Assembly: GCA_016748015.1 (NCBI GenBank)
Contig: JAAOMT010000664.1
Location: 8,715-72,714 of the forward strand
DNA: 64,000 nucleotides
Direction: 5' to 3'
Source of the DNA: Geosiphon pyriformis uo1
Taxonomy: Eukaryota > Fungi > Glomeromycota
The number at the start of each line of letters is the position of its first letter. The first letter of the stretch is position 1. Below are positions 31,986-44,547 of this stretch, one piece after another. The position numbers and the translations under genes are program-made. Under the pieces are notes generated by a model that was not told where the DNA came from, did not search any database, and saw only the letters and a list, made by a program, of their open reading frames with translations.

Positions 31986-33929
31986 TTAATTTTCAGTGTA
32001 AACTAAAAATTCACTAGTGCCTGTGTAGTGAGTGGCCAATGCCTTCCCATCGCTTGTGGGTTGCGAAAATGCAATAGAACCAGGTTTTAATGTACAGCCA
32101 AAAATGAAAGTGTTCCTAAAAATTAATTCATATTATTAGAAAGGCGAAATATATAATCGTAATATATAAGCATATTACCTGATAATATCTAACAACTTGG
32201 TTGCAATTCCTTGCCTACGATGCTTTCTTGATACCCAAATCCGAGCAATTCCACAAACCGAGTGGACTGATTTCTTGCTATAGGTAGATGACAGCGTCCA
32301 TTTAAAAAATTGCGAGTTCAATGCATTACGCACAATGTAAGATTACCATACAACCCACCTGCAAAAAATGGCTGATCCAGCATCTAGAAATCCAATTTCA
32401 GCCTGTAACCCGTCCGCATCATGCTCTGTGTTAATGACTTTGTAGGCATGAGAAATATGTTCAGCAACAACACATCCAACGACTCTTTTCCTTTCCGTGA
32501 TATATAAAAATATTTTGCAAAAATTCAATTTTTGCTCGGTCAGTTCCACCGAGTTTAATTCAGTTGTGATGACCTCTAGAATTTCATTAATCTAAAGCAA
32601 AGTGAGAATGATAAGCATAGTGTTAGAGCACAACTTTTGGTATTTGGACATCATGGATTCTAAGAACATACCTTTTTTTTCTCAAAAGCTGTAGTCCGAC
32701 TATACGGAAACATGACGACGCGACTTCTATTTAAAGATTCCTGAACAATAACTTCATTCTTATAGCCCTGTAGTTAAATGTTCACCTCTTACTATATAGC
32801 ATGAAGGCTCAACGAGATTCTTAATGAAGACAAATTTTACAGTTCAAAGAAAACTTTACCGGATACTCAATTCCGCTAACAACTCCTCGATGATACTTTG
32901 CATGAACTTTATCATCCTCAGTTCCTATATTATAGGACATGTCGCAATCGGGACAGGTACTTGGTCCGAAATTTTTTTGTCCTAGTTCAAGGAATAGCTG
33001 CTCATAATTTTTAAAATCCAGTTTTTTTGATTTCTTTGGAGTCTCAGGTGGCGTATTAAGCTTTGAAAACCCCACATATTGGTATTTAGAATAAGGTGTC
33101 TTTGGGTATTCTTCCATGATATGAGGTTTTTTTGAGGATTCTTGTTTGATATTTTGGATGATATCTTCACGCTCTTCGATTAATACAATTGGTTGAGGAT
33201 AGCGCTCTATGTTCCCCAGCTTGATGAAGAAGTCTGCGATGCTATGCTTTGGGATATCGTGATCTTGACGTTTACGCTTCTGTTGTTGTTGGCGTGACCT
33301 GCCGACAAGGTTAGTGATATTGTGGGCGATATTACTCCTTGATTGAAAGGAGCAGAGTGGTGCCAGTTGTCGGGGTATGACACGATTTTCGAAAGGACTC
33401 GGTAGTTGCTTTCTTAGATCTCGGCTTTCGCCATTAATTCTGAGATTTTGTGGTATTGGTAGATTCAGCGAGGCAACATGATTTTCAGTATCATTTGAAC
33501 TTGTTGATTCATAAAAGATGTTACTGGAACGTGTGTTGTCTTGATGATCATGAACATGTTCTTGCTCGAAATTTTTTTTACCACTAATGGGGAATTGCAT
33601 TGTTAAAAAAATCTTTTCATTTTAAAGCCATTTATTGCCTCATTAATTGTATTTTTTAAAATAGGGCAATCATAAAGCACGATAATAATACAGAGGTTTA
33701 AACAATACCAGGTCACCGTTTCCTCATTTTCTAGCTTGTTCCTTCGTCGACCATATGTGATTTTGGGGGTTGGTCTTGGCTTTATTCTATACAGTAAAGG
33801 GTTGAATGACGAGTTACACAGTTTGGCGGCTGCCAAGTGAAATTCAGACTCCTGACCCTATTTTTACCGTGGTGAAATGCAAATGGTTGGCTGGGGGTCA
33901 CAAACTTCCTGTTCACTCTTTTCCGTCAT
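31986..33929 (-). CDS. ECO1: Cohesin acetyltransferase Eco1/ESCO, multi-exon
   Basis: ITYGRRR motif, PIP-like QLFLELGQK, C2H2 finger CPDC...HAKYH, VVGCVVAEHI, CGIARIWV and AFSQPTSDG. Confidence 0.9.
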
Positions 33930-34506
33930 TGGGGATGAGAAAATTACTAATGTGTAATTAGATCTTTAATAAAGCGAGGGCAAAAGCAAAGTCCAGAGTT
34001 TTTCAAAGTAAAAAAGTCCAGTATGTCTCAGAGACGCGCGCACAATTCAATATATAAAGGGTGAGTATATATGACGCGTTTGGATCGGCAGCTCAAATTT
34101 TTAAAATTTGATATTTAGATAGATTAAATTAAGCTCTTAAAATTTAAAATCAAATCAATGAATAATCTTTAAACTGCTTTTTAACAAAGAGCAAAAACAA
34201 CAAAGATTTAGGCAATATTAAAACACTATTTTAAAATTATAAATAAATTATATTTTGTTTTTCCAACTTAATCAAAAATAATGTACAACAATTTTTATTA
34301 ATTTAAAGAATATCAAAAAATATTATAGAAGAATTAAGTACAATGATTAAAGAAAGCTCGACCAATTTGTAAAAAAAGTTTATACCTATTTTTGCAATGT
34401 TTTTTTTTGCTGTAATAAAGTGTAGTCTAATTACTAACTAATACAAATACAAAAAAAAAGTGTTCTAAATTATCTGTATTTATGTGTTTTTATTGTTTTA
34501 ACAATA

Positions 34507-34603
<97 letters not shown>

Positions 34604-36984
34604 CAAGTAAATTATTTATGCTATACTTCATTTTAAAATTAATAATTCTTTTAAAAACACTAATATTTTTATTACAAAAAATTTTTCTTTTATTTTAATG
34701 TTTAAAAAAAAAAGTATTAAACAACATTATAAAACCAATTTAATTAATTCAAATTTCAAAAAAGTTAATTGCAAAATTAATAATATTAATAATAAGTAAA
34801 AAAACCCATTTTAAATTTCATAAAGCTATTAAAACTGTTCCTGTTTATTAATTAGTTTTAATAATAAAGAATAATATTGAAATTTTTTTTAAATTAAAAA
34901 AAAGTTCTTATTTTAAAAAATTATTTAAGACTAAGTTAATAAATTTATTTTTAAAATTAGTAAGTTGATTTTTTAGATATATAATTATATTTGTTTTATT
35001 TTTGGTCTTTTGATTTTTTTAATAATTGAAATTTGCTATTATTATTTTTGATTTTTACGCTAATTTAATTATTATTATTATTATTAAAATTAATACTTTA
35101 AAAAAAAACTATATTTAATAGTGTTTTAAGTATTAAAGTTTAAATTTTTTATTTAAATTTACTATTAATTTTGAAATTTTTGAATTTTACTTTGTTAAAA
35201 TAGGTTTTTATGTTAAAACTGTTGTTTCTTTACATAATAATATATTATTATTAATTAACAAATTTCAAATTAATTTAAAAATTTTATTAAAAACGTTATA
35301 AAAATCATATAAAAAACATTCTATAATATAATAATAACAAAAATAAAAATAAAAACAGATATTATAAAAAATTTACAATTTTAAAAATAACAAAAAAAAT
35401 TAGCAAGTAAAATCCGAATAATAGCATTTAAAAAATATTAAAATACAAATTTAATACTAAAAAACTTAATATTATTCTTAAATTTCAATTTTATATTAAT
35501 AAAATTATTAATTAACAAGTACAAACCAATTATTACTTATTATAATACAATTATATAAGATTTTAAAAAAAATATTAAATACTAAAATAAAAATTATTTA
35601 TTTAAAATTTTTTTGATATTGTTTTTTAAGTATTATTAAAAGCAATACTATTAAAAAACAAAAAAAAAATTTTTAATTTCTATTGGTTAATTTAATTTTT
35701 AAAATTAGATAACTTAATTAATTAATTAAAATTATGTATAAAAATATAACTTGTTTTGTTTTTAGCTTTAAAAAAAAATTTTACATATTAAATAATATAG
35801 TCAAAAATTAATTTAAATTAAAATAAGTTAACATATTTTTATTGTAATTATTTAAAATTAAATATTATAATTTAAAAAATAAAAAAAAGCTGGTTTTAAT
35901 ATAATTAAAATATTATTAAAAACATTAAAAAAAGTTCTTTAATATTACAAAAAAATTAATAATTAACTTAAAAAAAAATTTATTTTTTTGTTATTTAAAC
36001 AATTAAAAAATAACAACTTAATTACTAGTTTATATTTAAAGATTTTAGAGCTTTTATAATTATAAGTATGTTTTTTATAAAGTATTATCAGTAATTTTAA
36101 GTACTATAATATTTGCAACTTTTTTATTTTTTGTTCTAATTGTAATTATAAAAATATGTATTACAATATTAAACAATAATAATAATTTTCACAGAAACTA
36201 TAAATTAAATTAATATCAATAAATAAATATAAAATTGTTTACAATTAAATTTAAATTTAAATTATTATATAAATTGTAATTGATGTAAAAGGTATAATTA
36301 ATATAAAAATTATTAATATAAAATTACGGTTAACATAAAAGTTGTAAATAATATAATTTATTCTTTATTTATTTTTTATATACTTGTAATATATTTTAAT
36401 TACAAATTAATTTAATTATAAATATTATTATAATAAAATAAAAATTATAAAATTTGTTAAAAATAAATTTAATTAAATAATATAATTATATTTATAAAAA
36501 TTTATTTGATTTTTAAATTTATTAAAAAATAAGTGTATAAATAAAAAATATTATTATAAAAACAATTAAATAAATATGATTAATTTAAGATTAATAATAA
36601 TTAATATAAAAATTATTTAATTGTATTAAAAAATTTTGTTTATTAAATTTGTTTAGAATTATTATTACACCAAATTAAATAATTAAATATAATTATTTAA
36701 CAAATAAATCTTTTATATTTTTTTTAAAAAATGCTTTATATAAAAATTTTAATAATAAAAATAATAATTAATCAATTATTTTATTTTTATAATCAATTAA
36801 AAATAAATATATTTTTTCTTTTCGCAAAAGTAACAAGTAACTTATTAACTTTGCAAATACCGAAAATCACTTTTTTGGTATTTGAATTAAATATTTAACA
36901 ATTTTTTGTTATTAAAAAAACATATAAAATAATAAACCAATTAAAACAACAAACTTGAAGGGTTTTTTATCTTTAATAATAATG

Positions 36985-37041
<57 letters not shown>

Positions 37042-37430
37042 TAATATGCAATAAAAAATAACAATATTTTCCAAAATAATAATAATCAAATAACATTAAG
37101 GAAACATTATTAAATCATAAAATATTTACGTTGTAATTAAATATGTAATAGTTAAACTATACTCAATAAAGTATTTAAAAATATATATATGTATAATAAT
37201 ATATAGTTTTATTAATTTTACTTTAAGTTGAAAAACAAATTAAACAAATACAATTTGTATAATTAGATGCTGACAATTATGACCTACGAACGTGACAGGG
37301 AATGAAGATGGAGCTTACTACGTGTGACCAGCCACCCGAATGTTATTATTTTTGATATATTTGTTAATTAAAATAATTAATTTTATTATAGTAATTTATG
37401 TTGAAAATTTCGAATAAATATTTGATATAT

Positions 37431-37466
37431 GGGGCATACTGTAACAAAACCAGACAAAGTGAACAT
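37431..37466 (+). repeat. Left terminal inverted repeat
   Basis: GGGGCATACTGTAACAAAACCAGACAAAGTGAACAT. Confidence 0.93.
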
Positions 37467-37878
37467 GCGTTGTGGCTTAGTGAGAGAGTGACGTTGCCTG
37501 AAAATTTTTTCGCAAATGCAAACAAAAAATAGTCGCGTCGTTTTTTAACCGCTGCATTCTTGCCGTGGCCACGCTATATTCACCATCGCACAGTGATTCT
37601 CCTGTATCTGAGTTCTCCAACCCACTGCCAGTAGCACATTTATCTTTACAGCCAGGTAAATCAGCTTTTTTTTTTTTTTTTTTGACCGCCTATACTGTTT
37701 GGCATTTTGTGAACCGTTGCTTACCCCGCTACACCAACATTGAGGATCCTTTAACGTTAGTCTTCCGCATCCTGCGATCCATCTTTTGCATTTGCTTTTT
37801 CCTCTCGGAAGCTTTTTGCATGACTTCCCAAGTTAAGTAACTATTTTATAGTGTTTGTGACTTTTGGCATACACAATA

Positions 37879-38163
37879 TCCTACGGCACATATGGCCTAC
37901 GTGCTTGTGAATCATCACTAGTGCTGCCCCATATGGTCGATGCTTGGGGGAGATTGTCATAACGCCCGTTAGGATCAGCCTAGCGCCCTAGTGTGCCTGC
38001 CTCTTTCCAGTATATTGGACTTAATAAGGTGTCCTACGGCACATATGGCCTACGTGCTTGTGAATCATCACTAGTGCTGCCCCATATGGTCGATGCTTGG
38101 GGGAGGTTGTCATAACGCCCGTTAGGATCAGCCTAGCGCCCTAGTGTGCCTGCCTCTTTCCAG
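37879..38163 (+). repeat. Two 132-bp direct repeats (1 mismatch) separated by 21 bp
   Basis: tcctacggcacatatgg...cctgcctctttccag at 37879-38010 and 38032-38163. Confidence 0.92.
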
Positions 38164-38247
38164 ATGCCTATTTTGTCAATGCCAATGTACTCCAATGAGT
38201 TATTAGCATTTTTACCAGGCCGTGATTATTAACTTAAATTATTTAAG

Positions 38248-40839
38248 ATGGATATCACAAAAGCAGTTTTCTCTTATTTTCAGCAAAAACCTTACAAGGA
38301 GTGGCATCTAATTGGCTGTCTAGAATACTTAGAAGAAAAATGCTTGATCCTGAGATCATCAAGCAGACAACAAATTCGTGATGAAATCCGAAGCCAAACA
38401 CACTCTTTAATGTACCATCAATCTGTGTCTAAGGGCGCACAAGCAAAAGCTTCCACGCTGCACGATAACATAAACAACTGTTTGAGATGGATGATGTATC
38501 TGCATTTTTCCAGAAGGTTGATGCAAAAGTAAGTTATTGTGTTGATGTTGATTAACTTTTCAATTCCATTATGTTGAAACACTTTGGTTTACAGGCGCTT
38601 CAAATGGCTAAAGAACAGCTGTTGGGCGTCAAGAAGTCGCTATATAAAACAGAAGTCAAACTTGTTGTTGAAGATGATAAAATCCTGACTGTTTCATCTT
38701 CAGTAATTAATTATATTTATTTCTGAAAATGTTAATGATTCTCATATTTTTATGTTGTTCAATTGATATCGCATTGTCTGTCAATATAGAGAAAGCAGGA
38801 AATCTCAGAAACAGCCTTTTCTAACGAAGTTGAAAATGTCAGTCTTGAGGAGGAAGGGGGTCATAAGGTAGCTTTCTGCATACTCTCAGTCTTGAACTGA
38901 GAAACTTGCAATGATCGATCATATGCTAATATATGCGTCATCTAGGAAAAAGTTATTATTGCTCAAAGCGCAGATGACGCCATTGATAGCGGCGAAGATG
39001 AAGAAGAAGCGAAACAAGGAGAAGCTTCAGAGGTATGATTTTTTTTTCTGTGCATCTTGCTTTGTGGATATTTATTCTCATTGCATAACGATAATGAATG
39101 ATATCTTGTGGATATTGGTAACTAGGAGATGCAGGCACCGAACGAGGGCGAAAAGACGTCTGATTGCTATAAGTGTTTGTTTGAACAATTTGATGCCGCG
39201 AAGAAAACGGAAGCAATTGCGGAGTATTTATTTTTGCATACTATTTATTTACTTATTTCTCTTTTAAAGAAAAAAAAAGTTTAGTGCTCTTCTAATTTTA
39301 TTATTTCATTTAGCCCTGTTTGGTGGCGCATTGCCGACCTAACGAATAGGAGCGAGCTCAATATTCCAGATGAGCATTTTTACGCCTTACAAAAGGAAAT
39401 TCATTCTCGTTTGAATGTCAAAATTTCGAAGACTGCGGAGACCTTGCTCACCGCACTTGCAAAGGTAATTAAAGACAGTTTCAAGATTACCAGTATTCCA
39501 GAGAGCGAGGATATCAAAATTACTGGGCTGAATTGATATCTAATAGCAACGTTTATAGCTGCCTCAAGATGAACTCGTTAGAATTGCTACATCTTTTTAT
39601 GTTGATGGTAGCAAGCATGTTTTGGCACATTTATCATCGCTGCGGATCCCAAAACAAGTATCTACTGAAGAACGATTGAACGCCTGGATCCTCGATATTG
39701 ACTTGGCCGAGGAAACCGAGACTCTGACTGAACTTGCGAATTTGAAGTGCGATGATGGGGAAGTTGTGTGGATATTCAAAGTAATTGCAAAGATGCAAGT
39801 ATTGGTTTACGTTCTGTGGATCGACAATAGCAAATTTCTACACATGGGCTGCAGGTTCACTTAACTTTTATTTTTATTCAAAACAGGTTCGAGAACCTTC
39901 AATATGGTATACCTGGAGAAGCATTGTCCGAAAGGGACATTGATGTTTTGTATTGCAGTGTGTTTTTTGAGACTTTGAGAGATGTTGTAAGCGTTCACTT
40001 GTAAGTGTGTCTTCTTGATTACACTACACTGCTTTTGGGGTGCATTATCAACAATTTTTATATTCGATAGCGGTGAGATCTGTAGCCGAGCATCACGCGA
40101 GCGCAAACAACAAACGATAGATGCCTCTTCCGAAGGTTCTAAAGTCGATTGGTTGTTTTGCGTATGTATTATCCCCCTTTTTTTTCGCTAGGTTACGCAA
40201 TGTTATTTCTAACAATTAAGTAATTATTAGCATAGGCATTATGGCGAGAATTCGAAATGGGGCCGCGAATTCGGCTTGATGGAGAACTCTTCAATCAAAC
40301 TTGATAATGACGCGAAAATTGCCGAAGATAAGATAAAAGGAATCCTGAATATGCGAGATATGCTTAAAGCGCTTAACCTCGCTCTCCCAAAAGAAGGCGT
40401 GTCTACCGCGATTGACCAGGCGCGGAAAAAGATTTTGCTGCCTGGTGTTCTTTTCCGCATGGAATTTCCGTATCGTCGTGGTCACCATTCTCGAAAATTC
40501 GTGGGTCGGCATTGCGGACTTTAGTTCTTTCACAATCCCGACGAAAATCGATGATCTTTACATGGCCATCGATTGTTGCCGTGTGCTCCTTGAACTGAAA
40601 GTGCGTCACGTTTTTGCGATTGTGTTTTGCTCTACTTATTTATATTAATGTCGTTCTTTGAATAGAGTCTCTTAAAGACTTCTGTTTCGGGCTTCGGGCT
40701 CGCGATCAAACACGCAAGTCGTCTGAGTCCCGAAGGAAAGAGGAGAAGATGGACGATAGAGCCCGGAGCGCCTATTGGGCTCATTCCGAAAAAAAAGAGG
40801 CTCCGAACTGCGTCGGCGAGCAAGGCAAAGAACGTCTAG
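38248..40839 (+). pseudogene. Intron-containing fungal gene for a PD-(D/E)XK restriction-endonuclease-fold protein (Crinkler/CR-REase-like C-terminus), two apparent frameshifts
   Basis: About 10 short introns, mostly GT-AG (first at 38529). Spliced peptides: PVWWRIADLT, LSERDIDV, GEICSRASRERK...GSKVDWLF, REFGLMEN...KIAEDKIK, FTIPTK. Frame slips near 38485 and 40452. Trp codons are TGG. Confidence 0.65.
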
Positions 40840-41341
40840 TTGGACTTATCCATTGTGGTCCGATTTCGCATTTGCGACTACGGTCTTTTCTTCCTCTGAT
40901 TTTTACCCTTTCCATATGGGGCTAACTACTCCCTTCCATCGGCTTTATAGGCTTTTGACTTATTTTGCAATGGTACATATCGACTGAATGACATCTGTCC
41001 TGCACATGACGTGCCTAACCCCATCTGTCTCTCACACACACACAAACCATTCTAAAAAAAATCACAAAGTTACAACGTAAATTTACTGTTGTAACACTAA
41101 CTACAATGGTTACAGTGGCAGGGCCATCTGTTCCCCTACACATGAAAATTTCGCGCACTCGAACGCTTTTATTACCATTTTACTACCATTTGCTAATTGA
41201 TTAAACGATTGAATGGCTGGATCCGGATTCTCGACCCCGATGTAACAAATTTAAGTGTACAAGTTCTCGGATAAAAATTTGGGCGTAAAGGAATAGCAAA
41301 GCGAAAGGCATCCATGGTTATCCCTCCATGTGACAACCCTC

Positions 41342-41572
41342 TTAATCCTCTCTTTTTCTTTTCTTTCTTGGTTCTTGAGATGATTCCGCTAACGTCCGTT
41401 TAAGAACTTTTTCTTGCCTTTCCTCTTGGTAAATCTCGTAGGTAATTCCTTCCTTGTCTAAATATTGTTTAACAGCTTTGGTGTCAGATATTTTAAAGAT
41501 ATATGGCGCAATCTTTTCGCCTTGCTCTTGCTTTAAAAGAGAACGTAAAGTACTATAATCTTTAGGCTCCAT
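41342..41572 (-). CDS. Small basic hypothetical protein (76 aa) divergent from the transposase
   Basis: MEPKDY...EPRKKRKRED, intronless, ATG start and TAA stop, head-to-head with the transposase 154 bp away. Confidence 0.5.
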   Translation of the reverse strand: MEPKDYSTLRSLLKQEQGEKIAPYIFKISDTKAVKQYLDKEGITYEIYQEERQEKVLKRTLAESSQEPRKKRKRED

Positions 41573-41726
41573 AGTAGATCTAATATAGATAAGTTTCATA
41601 TATTTCAATTTTATATACACGACTACCCCTATATATAATACTTAACTACATTTCAATTCCCCATAGAATTAGAAACTTTTACAAAACCAGACAAACTGCG
41701 TAAAAAATATATATATATATATATAT

Positions 41727-43481
41727 ATGGTAGACGACACAATTATTAATGAATACGAGAAAGCTCTCCATTTCCTGGACGTAGGATGTGGCTGTGGCTG
41801 CTCCGCTAAGTTACCTAAAGAAGAATTTGCTGAACTACGAGAAGATTTTCAAGCGCTAACGAAACCCGAACAAGACATTTTCTCAATGGCTCAACTCAGA
41901 TCCATGGATGGGGGAGCGATCAGTACTAGCCGACGTCTCAAGAACAAGATTCGCGTCAATAAAAGAACTATTTACTGCTGAAATCGTAATACCCCTATTT
42001 GTCAAAAAACTTACCTTAACATGCTCGGCATTGGCCGCAATTATTTTGAAAATATCAGAAATCATCTGCTAAAGGATGGTCTTCTACCACGGGTCCATGG
42101 TAATGTAAAAAGAATGCCACGGTGAAAAACTAAGATGGTCATCAATATTGACGTGGCTACCGCGGTCAAGAATTTTTTGCTAAATTATGCTGAGGTCCAT
42201 GGCTTGCCCAGCCCAGTCAGAAATGTTAATCGCGTGACTCAATCGATTATCTTCCTACCGGCAGAAATGAGCTACAAGTCTGTGCACCGTGATTTTTTGG
42301 CCGGCCTAGAAGAAAACAGTAAATTACGTGCCCTCAAATATGATGCGTTCCGCAAATTGTGGCATCAGCTAACCCCGTACATTCAAATCATGAGCCCCCG
42401 AACCGACCTATGCGATACCTGTCAACAGTTGCGGAATGACTTGCAATTTAAAGCCCGTAAAGAAGAAGAGGCCCAAGACCTATTAAAGAAGTATAAAGAG
42501 CATCTAGCCAAAGCCAAGCTAGAGCGAAACTATTATAACCAAAATACCAAGTTAGCGGAAGAACATAGAAAGCTCGTCAACCAGAATTATTCTGTTGTTT
42601 CAGTGAAAGGCGAAATACCATACTGCAGCACGGACGCTATTGCTCACTACAGTTATGACTGAGCCCAAAATGTTCATGTACCTCATTCAGATCAACAAAT
42701 CGGCAAAGTGTATTACCTTAGTGCTCGCAAGGTGCACTTGTTTGGTATCCAGAATGAGGCGGTCCGCGAGCAAATTAATTATGTGCTGGATGAGAACGAA
42801 CTTCTCGGAAAGGGTCCGAATGGTACGCTAAGCCTGGTCTTTGATGGAATTAAGCAATTGAATAAAGGTGAGAAGCACTTGAAAGTCACTTGCGACAATG
42901 CGGGAGGGCAAAACAAAAACAACACCACTATTTGGTTTTATTTGTATTTGGTAATTGCTGGCTATTATGAAAGCATTGAACTCAACTTTATGGTTCCAGG
43001 TCATACCAAATTCAAATGTGATGGTAGTTTTGGTCTGATTAAAAGACTTTATCGTAATACCACGGTAGATTGTGTAGATCATGTGGTAGAGGTGGTAAAG
43101 AGGTCCAGTATTGCGGGATTAAACAAAGCTCGGCGTTATAATGGTAGAGAAGGTTTTCAATATCTCGACATCATAAGTGGTTTGGAGACTTACTTTAAAA
43201 GGCTTCCTGGTCTGCAAAGGTTTCAGCATTTCCTTTTCACCAGTGCCAACCCAGGTGTGGTCCAAGCTCAAGAAGTGGCTAATGGCCCTTTCCAGGAATT
43301 CAAGCTACTGAAAACAAGTAAACTCGAGGCTGCAAAGATCATACAAAAAACCAAGGCTTTATCATTTCCAGTGCTAACGCCGCCTCCGATGAAATGTGAA
43401 CGACAAGAATATCTTTACAATTTTATTCGTCCATTTGTTAGAGATGAATTTAAAGATATTACTTGTCCAAGACCAACCTAA
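41727..43481 (+). CDS. Sola-family DDD transposase, 584 aa in genetic code 4 (TGA=Trp)
   Basis: Track ORFs 41727, 42135 and 42708 share one frame, broken only by TGA at 41979, 42123 and 42660. Motifs GCGCGC, HGN, PRTDLCDTC, HYSYD(W)AQ, CDNAGGQNKN, FMVPGHTKFKCDGSFG, RQEYLY..IRPFV and CPRP. Confidence 0.9.
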
Positions 43482-43605
43482 CCTATACTGGCAATGAACA
43501 AAACATTTAGAGAATCAATCGTCACTCGTTAATCTTTCAACTAATATCGATATTGCTAGCTTTTTAAAGCTAAAATAATATATATACTTAATATAATAAA
43601 AAATC

Positions 43606-44538
43606 ATGACAAACATCCCAGAACTATTAAACGAAATAGAAGCATTAAAAAATCAATTAGCCGATAAAGACCAACAACTCCAACAAGCCGAAGAAAATCT
43701 TAAATTCAGAATTTGAAAGTCTATTCATAGAACTCTTGAAAATTCAGAAAGTAGTATTCATTTAATGCTATTAAAAAGATTTACCTGACCTGAAAAAGGC
43801 TGAGTAAGTAGTAAGAGTGGAGAACTTAATAGTTTAGATAGATATTTAGATGTATTTGGAGATGAACGAGTATTTAAACATTATGCTGTTTTTAGCAAAG
43901 ATTTCACTGTTGAGAATTTTATCAAAGACATTAACGAAAAAATGAGAAGTCAAGAAGAAAGTTATAACATTTCCTTTAGAGGTTATCAGTTTTTAGAAGG
44001 TCAATTAAAAGAAAAAATTGCAGATTTAGAAAAGGAAATTGAAGAGAAAAATCAAGAGTTAGAAAAGGTGTTGGAAAGGAATGAACTTCTTGTTAAGAAT
44101 TTAGAAAAAGAACTTGAATTTTACAAAGAAACTGCTAATTGTAATTTAGATGCTATTGGAGTTTGTGAAGATTGATGTAATGATCGACATGCTGAAGAAG
44201 TGGAAGAACTAAAAGAAGAAATTGATAATAAGCAAACTTCGTTACAAGAATGTTTTGATGAATACATAAAGCAAGATAGAAAATTAAGAATATCTGAAAA
44301 ATGATTGGCAGAAAGCCAACAAAAATTGAAAGAAGGTCGGGAGGAAGGATTGAAAAAAGATGAGAAAATAAAAATTCTAGAGCAACAATTATGTCTTACT
44401 AATAAACCTTTACCTAAAAAACCAAATAGAATTAAGTTATTCGGAGAGAAAATAAAAACCAAATTCCAACAACTTACACAAAAAAAAAATTTTCAAAAAC
44501 AACCATTTGTTGCTAAAGTAGAAGTTCCAACTAAGTAA
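43606..44538 (+). CDS. Mollicutes/MRE-like coiled-coil hypothetical protein, 310 aa in code 4
   Basis: One frame from ATG 43606 to TAA 44538 with TGA at 43714, 43786, 43801, 44173 and 44302 and no TGG. E/K-rich heptads, no introns, TATAAT at 43592. Confidence 0.85.
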
Positions 44539-44547
44539 TTTGTCTTT

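Noticed and set aside
37879-38163. CRISPR array or ribozyme
   Set aside because: Only two long repeats with one short spacer, no cas genes, and no hammerhead or HDV core recognised.
41727-43481. Three separate small genes, or an ordinary pseudogene, as in the ORF track
   Set aside because: All pieces are in one frame, the intervening sequence encodes conserved motifs, and only TGA interrupts.
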